Shown here: positions 31,454-40,114 of the stretch, piece by piece
Layout of the letters: every line of letters begins with the position of its first letter
How positions within the stretch are numbered: the first letter of the stretch is position 1
From: Sphingobacterium hotanense
GTDB taxonomy: Bacteria; Bacteroidota; Bacteroidia; Sphingobacteriales; Sphingobacteriaceae
Assembly (NCBI RefSeq): GCF_008274825.1
Contig: NZ_CP030848.1
Span: 3,035,618-3,099,617, forward strand
DNA length: 64,000 bases
Reading direction: 5' to 3'
The notes under the pieces: generated by a model
What the model was told of the DNA's origin: nothing
Databases searched by the model: none
What the model saw: only the letters and a program-made list of their open reading frames with translations
Made by a program: the position numbers and the translations under genes

Positions 31454-32605
31454 CTATTTTACGAACAACTGTTTCAACTGATCGACGATCTGCCCATTTC
31501 CAGAGACCGATATTGCATTCACTTTCTCGGCAATCTTCTCCACATATTCCATCTCCTTCAATTTATACAACATCGCATTCTCCTCTAACATCTTCGCCGT
31601 ATTCAATAAGCTACGGGTCGATGCAGTTTCCTCCCGACGGGTGATGATATTGGCTTGTGCTTTTTTCTCCGCCATCAACACCTCGTTCATGATCTTACGG
31701 ATTTCCCCAGGTAAGATGATGTCCTTCACACCGGCGCTCATTAAAGTTACCCCCAATTGTGCTACCTGCGCTTTCGTAGCCTCGATCACATATTCACTGA
31801 TCGATCCTTTGTTTTCCATCAAGGCGTCGAGCGTCATGTTGCCGATATATTCACGCAATGCAAATTGCATCTCGGCATACAATAACTGATCGAAGTTCTT
31901 GTTCTCCAATATTGCTTTCATCACATCCGTCACCTTATATTGGATCGCAAAGTTGATTCTCACCTGCGCCTTATCTTTCGTTAAGATCTCCTGGCCAACG
32001 ACATCCATGCTCGTTAATCGTAAATCAACTTTCGATAACTGAATCGTAGTCGTATTCTTCCAGAAAAAATAAGTCCCTGCTTTAACCTCCTTGACAAACA
32101 CACCGTCGACAAACAATAAACCTATTTCCGTAGGTTCAACTTTAAATTGTCTCACGTAGTATGAAAATGGAACACGTTCATACAACTGACGGTTTATAGA
32201 TTTTGGAATTTCTAAAGTTGACGTATCATAGATATCGAATCGCGACGTATTCAAACCCTTCCAAAAAACATGACGACCAGCGGCCAAGACTCCTTTAAAG
32301 TTGTTGTTCACATATTGTAAAGCGATCTCATTATCTCCGACCTCCACGACTTCGACTAATTCGGTGAACGAAGGTATTTGCAATAAAACATCTAGATCAT
32401 GAGCAACCTGAAACGGATTTGACATATTGTAGATCTCAGCGCGTTCGCCGAAGCCTACCCAATGTTTTCCTTCATTAAAAACTCGTACTACTGCGTTGTT
32501 CTTAACAACCAATCCTACTTCATTTTTGTTAATTGTTACTCTTTTCATCGTTTTATTATTTAATATTATACCATACATTTTATAAAGCTCTCCAGTCTTG
32601 TTCAT
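31454..32605 (-). CDS. SPFH/band-7 (slipin-like) protein with an N-terminal partial duplication of the SPFH beta-region
   Basis: The C-terminal half has the classic SPFH pattern (LTKDKAQVRINFAIQYKV...GVTLMSAGVKDIILPGEIRKIMN...AEKKAQANII). Residues ~20-60 and ~190-230 both look like SPFH N-terminal strands (VGLVVKNNAVVRVFNEGKH versus IGLLFVDGVFVKEVKAGTY). Alternative starts lie at M10 and M20. Confidence 0.65.
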   Translation of the reverse strand: MNKTGELYKMYGIILNNKTMKRVTINKNEVGLVVKNNAVVRVFNEGKHWVGFGERAEIYNMSNPFQVAHDLDVLLQIPSFTELVEVVEVGDNEIALQYVNNNFKGVLAAGRHVFWKGLNTSRFDIYDTSTLEIPKSINRQLYERVPFSYYVRQFKVEPTEIGLLFVDGVFVKEVKAGTYFFWKNTTTIQLSKVDLRLTSMDVVGQEILTKDKAQVRINFAIQYKVTDVMKAILENKNFDQLLYAEMQFALREYIGNMTLDALMENKGSISEYVIEATKAQVAQLGVTLMSAGVKDIILPGEIRKIMNEVLMAEKKAQANIITRREETASTRSLLNTAKMLEENAMLYKLKEMEYVEKIAEKVNAISVSGNGQIVDQLKQLFVK

Positions 32606-32902
32606 TGCGAACTATCGGGAGAAAAGGGTCTTTTAAATGTCGCTGTAGCTCAAGAATTCCGATATTGCCTATACTAATTAGGTCAATTCGAAATACTGCA
32701 CTTCAGTCCGATCGAAAAGATGCTTTGCTCGCAGGATACCTCTCAATTGCTCCTTTACCCTCCGAAGAGAGTAAATTTGCGGAACTAGAAAGGAAAGCTT
32801 CAAGGATCTTTTTTTACAAGAAGATCATAACTTTAGGAGAATCTTTTTGATAAGTAGATTCAAACTTTTAAGGGCTTTCGCCCCACTACCGTAGACACTT
32901 CC

Positions 32903-33065
32903 TTCAAGTGCGAGGGATTCGAACCCTCATTTGGTGTTATTGCTCTAACCACTTGAGCTACTTCGACAAGCGAAGGCAAGATTCGAACTTGCGACACATA
33001 ACAGGAGACACTGCTTTGACCCTTAATCAGTATATTGCATTCGACCGAACCAACACTTCCCTGCT
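32903..33065 (-). other. Non-canonical tRNA-like locus: two T-arm/acceptor-like elements plus one D-arm-like element, no clean cloverleaf
   Basis: Read on the minus strand there are two perfect T-arm consensus hairpins, GAGGG-TTCGAAT-CCCTC (32912-32928) and GCAAG-TTCGAAT-CTTGC (32976-32992), plus a D-arm-like TAGCTCAAGTGGTTAGAGCA. Spacing between the D-arm and T-arm is only 12 nt, so a standard anticodon arm is absent. No complementary 7-bp acceptor stem could be found for either element. Confidence 0.35.
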
Positions 33066-33398
33066 ATACAGAAACAGGAGATCAGATTAAAGAAATCTCC
33101 GCAGATGCCATATATCCAACCGGATATATATCTTGAAAAGCTTTCTGCTTTTATTATTCAATGAACTATTTGTCGCTCCCGACATTACAAAGATGCATGC
33201 TGCATTACGCAGCCATTTTGCGCAATGAAAAAAGAATTATATTTTTATCTACAAAACATGATAACACGCTCATTATCAAATAGAAAAATTTGCCTATTAA
33301 GCCAAAAAACTTTCATCAATCTCTTAAGTACGCAAATCCATTGCGTAGAACATTGAAATCCCCTATCTTTAATCTAGGAGTACTTAACTCGAAAAAGC

Positions 33399-34451
33399 AT
33401 GTCAACAAATAAACTCGCCCTAATTCGATATAAAACCATCGACAACTGCTTACGCCAAAAGCATCGTAAATGGACGCTAGATGAACTCATAGAAAAGGTC
33501 TCCGAACAGCTTTATGAGTTGGAAGGAATTCATAATGGCGTCAGCAAACGAACCGTTCAAGCCGACATACAATTGATGCGATCGAATAAACTCGGTTATA
33601 ACGCCCCAATCATTGTGACCGACAGAAAGTACTACTCATACGAGGATCCAAACTACAGCATTAGCAACTCGCCCATTTCTGCTACCGACATGGAAAAGAT
33701 GAAGGAAGTAGTGGAGGTCCTAAAACACCTCAACGGCTTCGCTTATTTTGATGAGATGAGCGATATGATCGCTCGCTTAGAAGACAAAATGCTTGTAAAT
33801 TCTGGCGAACACAAGCAAGCCATACAAATGGAAAGCAACACCTTATTAAAAGGATTAAATTGGATAAACACGCTTCACAAGGCCATTCGAGAAGAAATAC
33901 CTTTATTGATCACCTACAAATCTTTCAAAACCGATACGCCATCTGATACGGTTTATTTCCCTTACCTATTGAAAGAATATAGAAATCGTTGGTTCTTAAT
34001 TTGCCGGCAGAAGAAAAACAATGGTCTTCAAACTTTGGCTTTAGATCGCATTCATGAAATCGCAGAGATGGCGAAGTCACAGTTCGTGCCTTACGATGGC
34101 GTAGATTTTGAGCGCTACTTTTCCGACACGATTGGTGTAACGAAATCAATCAAAGATCGAGGGAACAAAGTGATATTACATGTCGAATCAAAGAATGCGC
34201 CTTATGTGGAAACCAAACCCTTACATAATTCGCAACAGATATTGAACCGCCTCGACGATGGCAGCATCATCATACGTATCGATGTTGTATTGAATTTCGA
34301 ACTCGAGCGAGAAATATTGGGCTTCGGGGAATGTATGAAAGTGCTCGCACCTCGTTACTTAGTAAATCGAATAAAAAGACGAGTATCGCAGAGTATGAAG
34401 CAGTACAGCGATTCTGAAAACAATCAACAAAAAACAAAAGAAGAAAAATAA
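33399..34451 (+). CDS. WYL-domain transcriptional regulator (HTH-WYL-WCX, YafY-like)
   Basis: N-terminal HTH (LALIRYKTIDNCLRQKHRKWTLDELIEKVSEQL) and a central WYL-type segment (ITYKSF...YFPYLLKEYRNRWFLICR...LALDRI). Confidence 0.7.
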   Translation: MSTNKLALIRYKTIDNCLRQKHRKWTLDELIEKVSEQLYELEGIHNGVSKRTVQADIQLMRSNKLGYNAPIIVTDRKYYSYEDPNYSISNSPISATDMEKMKEVVEVLKHLNGFAYFDEMSDMIARLEDKMLVNSGEHKQAIQMESNTLLKGLNWINTLHKAIREEIPLLITYKSFKTDTPSDTVYFPYLLKEYRNRWFLICRQKKNNGLQTLALDRIHEIAEMAKSQFVPYDGVDFERYFSDTIGVTKSIKDRGNKVILHVESKNAPYVETKPLHNSQQILNRLDDGSIIIRIDVVLNFELEREILGFGECMKVLAPRYLVNRIKRRVSQSMKQYSDSENNQQKTKEEK

Positions 34452-34556
34452 TAGTATTACTAATAATGAGTAAATTAAGTCTAGAATAATCGTGATTGGG
34501 AACCACAGCGCTTCAAAAATTTTCGAAGCAGATTATTTTAGCATTTCAAATACCTA

Positions 34557-35242
34557 TGCAAAAAAGTAAAATGGAGGAAAAACCAAAGAAAAAACCAAGG
34601 AAAGTTACGGCCGGACCGATCCGAGAGAAAGCCAGAACGATGGAAAAACTAATTGCGGCAGTAGGCAAAGTCATTAAGAAACATGGATATCCAGGGCTTA
34701 CGGTCGCCAACATAGCGAGTGAAAGTGGCTTGGACAGAAAGCTAGTTTACACCTATTTTGGCACCCTAGACAACTTAATCGAGGTCTACATTACACGACA
34801 AGATTATTGGAAATCCAAAGCGAACAAACAAATCGAGTCGCTGCTGCAAGCCGAAAATCTGAGTAAACTGGCGATGGTAAACTTATTACAAGGGCAATTT
34901 GAACAGGTCCTCAATGATAAGATACTACAGCGGATCATCCATTGGGAGCTTGGTGTCAAAAGCAAACCGCTCCGTAAACTGGCAGACAGCCGCGAAGAAG
35001 TTGGCGAATTGCTGTTGAACAAATTTGAAGAAAGCTATCCGAATAAGGATATAGACCTACGTGCGCTGTTGGCAATTCAAACCGCAGGATTATATTATCT
35101 AGCGCTCCATGCCAGCTCAAACGGTAGCACCTTTTGCGGTATCGATATCGGAACGCCCGAAGGGAAAGAAAGAATCAATCGAACCGTGGAGAACACGCTA
35201 GATCTTTTAATAAATAGCTCCAATCAATCTAAAGGAGACTAA
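34557..35242 (+). CDS. TetR/AcrR-family transcriptional regulator
   Basis: TetR HTH (KLIAAVGKVIKKHGYPGLTVANIASESGLDRKLVYTYF). The ORF track begins at a TTG at 34496; the first ATG is at 34557. Confidence 0.7.
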
Positions 35243-35253
35243 AATATGATAAT

Positions 35254-35802
35254 ATGAACAGAACCATTCGCATAGACGATCAAATCTCATTGAAATTCCT
35301 TGTAGAAAGCGACGCAAGAACGATTTTTAATTACATCAACACACAACGAGATTATTTAGGAGAATGGTTACCCTTTGTTCAGTTTACCCATGAAGTCAAA
35401 GACAGCAAAGGTTTCGTCGATATGGCGATCGAGCTTCGTAAAATCAAGAAGGACTATGTCTATAAAATATGCTATGACGACCGCATGATCGGTCTCATCG
35501 GCACCAAAGAAACCGATTATCTGAATAAAAATACAGAGCTAGGCTACTGGCTATCGCAGGACTATCAAGGTCAAGGCATCATGACCAAGGTCGTTGAAAA
35601 ACTGACCGCTCTCCTCTTCGACGAGATGGGTATTGAAAGGATACAAATATGCTGCGCTGTCGGTAACGAAAAAAGTATTGCTATCCCGAAAAGATTAGGC
35701 TTTATCCAAGAAGGAATAAAGCGTAATGGCGAATGGGCCGGCAATTTAGTATTTCGAGATCTGATTGTCTTTAGTAAGCTCAAATCCGAAAGCAATTCTT
35801 AA
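35254..35802 (+). CDS. GNAT-family N-acetyltransferase (RimJ/RimL-like)
   Basis: Acetyl-CoA-binding motif region (QGQGIMTKVVEKL...RLGFIQEG). Confidence 0.75.
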   Translation: MNRTIRIDDQISLKFLVESDARTIFNYINTQRDYLGEWLPFVQFTHEVKDSKGFVDMAIELRKIKKDYVYKICYDDRMIGLIGTKETDYLNKNTELGYWLSQDYQGQGIMTKVVEKLTALLFDEMGIERIQICCAVGNEKSIAIPKRLGFIQEGIKRNGEWAGNLVFRDLIVFSKLKSESNS

Positions 35803-36142
35803 CTATAGAAATTGCCAGTACCGTCTGACCTCAGTTAAATAACAGACTTTCATAACCCTTATCAAACCCATATCATACCCCATTCAGAAGGGCTTTGATA
35901 TGGGTTTGTATTGGGTTTACATTGGGTTTAAAAGGGGTTTGGCTAGAAGTTAGTAGTTAGTAGTTAGACCTATAGTTTCTAGTTTTGAACCAAGAAAGGA
36001 AGGATGCAAAGATGACCATGATCCTGCTCATCCTTGCATTCTTCCTTTCCTGGTTCAAAGACAATACTCTAATATCTCATTTCTAAAGTCTAAAATCTAA
36101 TTCCAGCAATAGGTCTAAATACTAACTACTAAATACTAACTA
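35803..36142. repeat. Composite intergenic repeat cluster with nested inverted repeats and a GGGTTT hairpin
   Basis: Four components. (a) A hairpin AAACCCATATCA...TGATATGGGTTT at 35865-35907, followed by GGGTTT repeats. (b) Outer arms gttagtagttagtagttagacc (35946-35968) and ggtctaaatactaactactaaatactaactacta (36109-36142), which are reverse complements. (c) Inner imperfect inverted repeat TTTGAACCAAGAAAGGAAGGATGCAA (35983-36009) and TTGCATTCTTCCTTTCCTGGTTCAAA (36035-36060). (d) A CTAA-rich tract (36064-36103). The same modules recur elsewhere in the window. Confidence 0.85.
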
Positions 36143-38488
36143 CTATTTCCTCGCTTCCTTCATCGGGTTGCTTTCTGTAGACTGTCCTCTTGCGCTTCTT
36201 CCGTTTTCTTTGAAGATTTCGAAGCGCGAGGGCTGTGCTTGTCGAGGCCAAGCGTTGTTTGCTTCATCGATGTCGGCAGTTTCGCGGTAGGGATCTAAGC
36301 GAATACTGACAACGTCCTTTGACTTGGCGAAGACTTTTGTTGCTTCTTGCTCGTTATGGCGCCATATATAAGCAGAGATACGGTCAATTTCTTTGCTGCC
36401 GTCGGCATAGTTCCATTCGATAATCAGGGGCATTACTAAACCGCCATTATTTTTAAAGGTCAATTCGTAGAAAGAGATTTTTCCATCGAATATATCCTTT
36501 TCCTTTTGGCTTAGGCCGCTATAAAATTGCTGGTAATTGTTTTGGTCAGCGGGACGTACCGCAAATCTATCCCATTTGTTATAGAAGTCTAATAGCGAAG
36601 TATCCTTTTCTACGAGGAATGCCATATTTTCTTCCATGTTGCGTTGCCTGCTGATACTGTTTAAGTCCTTCTCAAAAGCTTCTTTTCGGCTTTTTTGAGC
36701 TTCCGCTGGATTTCCGCCAGTCATTTTATACTGCGTTACATTTTCTAGGGAAATTTCAACCGGATCAGTCCCGAAGAACCAACCTCGCCAGAACCAGTCG
36801 AGATCTACCCCGGAAGCATCTTCCATGGTGCGGAAGAAATCTGCAGGTGTAGGGTGCTTAAATGCCCAGCGTTGGGAATATTGTTTAAATGCGAAGTCGA
36901 ATAGCTCTCTTCCCATCACGGTTTCGCGCAAGATATTCAATGCTGTAGCCGGCTTTGCGTAAGCGTTCGGCCCGAACTGAATGATATTCTCTGAGTTGGT
37001 CATAATTGGCTCCAGCTGATTTTTAGGGAGCTTCATGTAATCGGTAATCTTATGTGCGGGGCCACGGCGCGATGGAAAATCTTTGTCCCACTCCTGCTCG
37101 GTTAGGAACTGTAGAAAAGTGTTCAAACCCTCATCCATCCATGTCCACTGCCGCTCGTCGGAATTGACAATCATGGGGAAGAAGTTGTGTCCGACCTCAT
37201 GGATGATGACCCCGATCATGCCATATTTCACCGCTTCAGAATACGTTCCATCCTCATCTGCACGACCGTAGTTAAAGCAAATCATCGGATATTCCATTCC
37301 ATTTGCCGCCTCTACCGAGATAGCCACAGGGTAAGGATACGGAATCGAATATTTTGAATATGTTCGTAGCGTATGGGCAACCGCTTTGGTCGAGTACTTT
37401 CTATATAAAGGATATGCTTCCGGACCGTAATAGGACATGGCCATTGGTTGATTGCCCTCTATACCATCTTGCACTTTCAATGCGTCCCAAACTAATCTTC
37501 GAGAACTTACAAAAGCGAAGTCTCTCACATTTTTTGCTTCGTATATCCAGGTTTTCTTTGCCGAGGATTTCTGCCCCATTGCTTTTTTAGCATCTTCGAG
37601 CGTCACTATTTCTATCGGTTCGTCCGATTGTTGCGCTTTCTTCCAACGATCCATCTGTGTAGCGTTCAGCATCTGTGCATAATTTTGGCAGACTCCGGTG
37701 GCACCTACGATATGATCTGCAGGAACTGTGATATGCACCTTATAGTCTCCGAATACTAAGGCAAACTCCCCTCTTCCGGTAAACTGCTTATTTTGCCAAC
37801 CTTGGAAATCTGAATATACAGCCATGCGCGGAAACCATTGTGCAATGGTATACAAGTAATTGCCATCCTGCTCGAAATACTCGTATCCTCCACGACCGCC
37901 TTCTTCCATACGATTGGAAATCTTGTAGTCCCAATCAATATTCAGTACCATCTTGGCTCCTGGTTTCAAAGGAGTGGGAAGATCTACACGCATCATCGTG
38001 TAATTGATTGTGTACTTTAAAGGATTGTTCCCTCCATCAGCTACCTTCCGGATATTGACGCCGAAGCCTTTCTTTTCAGGCACCAAACCTTTCAATCTTT
38101 CTAAAGACATGCGTTCGTTCAGGCTGCTTTGATCGAAGCTTTTGCTTTCTGCATCATCAGCATGCTCGTTTTCATCCAATTGAATCCATAGATAATCCAA
38201 CGGGTCGGGCGAATTGTTGGTATAGGTGATGGACTCGGAACCTTTCAAGATCTGATTAACATCATCGACTTCACAATGAATTACGTAATCTGCCTTCTGC
38301 TGCCAATACATGGCGCCCGGCGCACCGGAGGCGGTACGAAATATATTTGGATCGGAAATCAGCGTACCGAGTTGTTCGAATTTATTTCCATGGTTCGACC
38401 CTGGATTGTTCAACGACTGTGCGACACTCTGCTGCGTGAAGAAGGCACTTAAGCCGATTGCAAATGCTAAAACCTTAGATTTTTTCAT
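36143..38488 (-). CDS. M1-family zinc metallopeptidase (aminopeptidase N-like), secreted
   Basis: HEVGHNFF...WMDEGLNTF (HExxH...E) gluzincin motif. The signal peptide follows MKKSKVLAFAIGLSAFF. The ORF track's 38563 start is probably an N-terminal extension. Confidence 0.85.
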   Translation of the reverse strand: MKKSKVLAFAIGLSAFFTQQSVAQSLNNPGSNHGNKFEQLGTLISDPNIFRTASGAPGAMYWQQKADYVIHCEVDDVNQILKGSESITYTNNSPDPLDYLWIQLDENEHADDAESKSFDQSSLNERMSLERLKGLVPEKKGFGVNIRKVADGGNNPLKYTINYTMMRVDLPTPLKPGAKMVLNIDWDYKISNRMEEGGRGGYEYFEQDGNYLYTIAQWFPRMAVYSDFQGWQNKQFTGRGEFALVFGDYKVHITVPADHIVGATGVCQNYAQMLNATQMDRWKKAQQSDEPIEIVTLEDAKKAMGQKSSAKKTWIYEAKNVRDFAFVSSRRLVWDALKVQDGIEGNQPMAMSYYGPEAYPLYRKYSTKAVAHTLRTYSKYSIPYPYPVAISVEAANGMEYPMICFNYGRADEDGTYSEAVKYGMIGVIIHEVGHNFFPMIVNSDERQWTWMDEGLNTFLQFLTEQEWDKDFPSRRGPAHKITDYMKLPKNQLEPIMTNSENIIQFGPNAYAKPATALNILRETVMGRELFDFAFKQYSQRWAFKHPTPADFFRTMEDASGVDLDWFWRGWFFGTDPVEISLENVTQYKMTGGNPAEAQKSRKEAFEKDLNSISRQRNMEENMAFLVEKDTSLLDFYNKWDRFAVRPADQNNYQQFYSGLSQKEKDIFDGKISFYELTFKNNGGLVMPLIIEWNYADGSKEIDRISAYIWRHNEQEATKVFAKSKDVVSIRLDPYRETADIDEANNAWPRQAQPSRFEIFKENGRSARGQSTESNPMKEARK

Positions 38489-38490
38489 AC

Positions 38491-39066
38491 TTAAACTGGA
38501 ATACGTTCTAGAGCCATAATTAATGAAATACCGACAACGGCTGACGAGAGGAAGAAACTCCAATCTCTATTCGTCACACTAAAGATCTTCAACATCAGTT
38601 CAGACAGAAGGATAACAAAGAACACGATGATAAGTTGACCGAATTCTAAACCGAGGTTGAAGGAAAGCAACGGCCAAAAGATATTTGCCTCTTTTCCTAA
38701 AAGGGATTGTAAATAATTAGAAAATCCTAATCCATGGATAAATCCAAATGCTAGCGCCATGCTGTATAGCAATGCCGGACTCCGTTGTTTTCTACGTTTT
38801 GGGAGATTGTATAATGCTGTAATTAATATAGTAACTGGAATTAGGAATTCTATCCAATCTGAATTGACATTCAATACCTTGAAGGCTGCAAGCGCTAGGG
38901 TTACGGAATGGCCGACTGTAAAGGCTGTAACCAGCCACAATATCTTCTTCCAATCTTTCAGCACATAGCTACAGCAGAGTACCATTACAAAAAGTATGTG
39001 GTCATATCCATTCAAATCAAGAATATGTTGCCAACCAAGTTGGAAATAGATAGAAAAGTCGCTCAT
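38491..39066 (-). CDS. HupE/UreJ-family membrane protein
   Basis: Polytopic protein with a GWQHILDLNGYDHILF-type histidine-rich motif typical of HupE/UreJ_2. Confidence 0.55.
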   Translation of the reverse strand: MSDFSIYFQLGWQHILDLNGYDHILFVMVLCCSYVLKDWKKILWLVTAFTVGHSVTLALAAFKVLNVNSDWIEFLIPVTILITALYNLPKRRKQRSPALLYSMALAFGFIHGLGFSNYLQSLLGKEANIFWPLLSFNLGLEFGQLIIVFFVILLSELMLKIFSVTNRDWSFFLSSAVVGISLIMALERIPV

Positions 39067-39157
39067 GAATTAGGTGTTATCAATTCGTCAACACAAATTT
39101 AATATTATTTTAATTATCGCTGCTGTTGTTCTGGTTTTTCGATAATTTAGCATAAAA

Positions 39158-39688
39158 TTGTTGCAATACTTTAAAGCACAACCAATGATAAAAACACCTT
39201 GGCTCCTACTTATTCTCTGCTTAATTACGATTAGTGTATTTGCCCATCCTTTTTACGTCAGTATTTCAACGGTTGACTTCAATTCTAAGAACAAACGTAT
39301 TGAAATTTCATGCCGAATCTTCTATGATGACCTCGAAGTAGCGCTAAAAAATCAGTTGAAGCAAAAGATCGACGTTATTAATCCTAAAAATAAAACCGTA
39401 GCCGACTCTGCTATATCAAAATATATACAGGATAATTTTAACCTGAAGGTAAATGGGCAATTTAAAAAGCTGAAGTTTGTAGGTTACGAAGTAGAAGAGG
39501 ATGTTGCCTGGTGTTATTTCGAAACGCCGCAGACTAGTCCAGTCAGCACGATAATAATTACCAATCAGTTGCTGTATCAAGATTTTAAATCGCAGTCCAA
39601 TATTTTACATGTTACTGTCGACGGAAAACGTCAAAGTACGAAAATGGATAATCCGAAGAAAAGTGTTGTAATAGATTTTAGACAATAG
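39158..39688 (+). CDS. Hypothetical secreted protein; its last 6 codons are supplied by a CTAA-type repeat
   Basis: Signal peptide (MIKTPWLLLILCLITISVFA). The C-terminus ...VVIDFRQ* is encoded by atagattttagacaatag, which is part of the repeat arm also seen at 57931. Confidence 0.5.
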   Translation: MLQYFKAQPMIKTPWLLLILCLITISVFAHPFYVSISTVDFNSKNKRIEISCRIFYDDLEVALKNQLKQKIDVINPKNKTVADSAISKYIQDNFNLKVNGQFKKLKFVGYEVEEDVAWCYFETPQTSPVSTIIITNQLLYQDFKSQSNILHVTVDGKRQSTKMDNPKKSVVIDFRQ

Positions 39689-39838
39689 ACATTAGACTTT
39701 AGAACCAAGAATTCTATATATGGTGTCTGCTACTGTCTCAATGCAGTTAAAAATAGGGAAAAAGAAATAATATTTAAACCAATAAAAGACCGCCAAACAT
39801 CTTAAATCTGATGTCTAGTGTCTAATATCTAAAAAATG
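39671..39838. repeat. CTAA-type inverted-repeat pair (MITE-like)
   Basis: The left arm atagattttagacaatagacattagactttagaacc (39671-39706) and the right arm catcttaaatctgatgtctagtgtctaatatctaaaaaatg (39798-39838) are approximate reverse complements. Confidence 0.7.
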
Positions 39839-40114
39839 TGGTTTTTCTATTGAGGATTAGCTCCTCTGGTGGGTTTGGTTTGGTTGGCTGCGACGAATCC
39901 CCAGTTTGTTACGTAGTATAAGTAAGGGTTGTTCATCATTTTTTCTTTTTTGTTACTTTTCTTTTTAATCATATTTTACCTTTCTTTTTATTGTTTGATC
40001 ATAATATAACAAATTTTGAACCAATTTGCAAATCTATTTCTAAAATTGCGTTATAGTGACAATAAGGAATAAGGAAAAAACAACGTATAGAAGAAAGATG
40101 CTTTTGATGTTTTC

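Noticed and set aside
32533-33090. ORFs 32533..32850 (+) and 32908..33090 (+) in the rtcB-SPFH upstream region.
   Set aside because: They overlap the tRNA-like elements and the SPFH gene start. They have arginine- and cysteine-rich low-complexity translations and no recognisable domains.
33106-33130. 8-bp hairpin ccatatatcc aacc ggatatat as a possible terminator.
   Set aside because: There is no flanking U-run on either strand. It is more likely a fortuitous AT-rich palindrome or an operator-like site, and it cannot be assigned.
34496-34556. Extended N-terminus of the TetR regulator from the TTG at 34496.
   Set aside because: The TetR HTH begins about 25 residues after the ATG at 34557. The upstream 20 codons overlap the end of the WYL gene and have no conserved features.
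38489-38563. 25-codon N-terminal extension of the M1 peptidase (MEFLPLVSRCRYFINYGSRTYSSLS).
   Set aside because: The signal peptide clearly starts at the internal MKKSKVLAFAIGLSAFF. The extension would overlap the HupE/UreJ-like gene.
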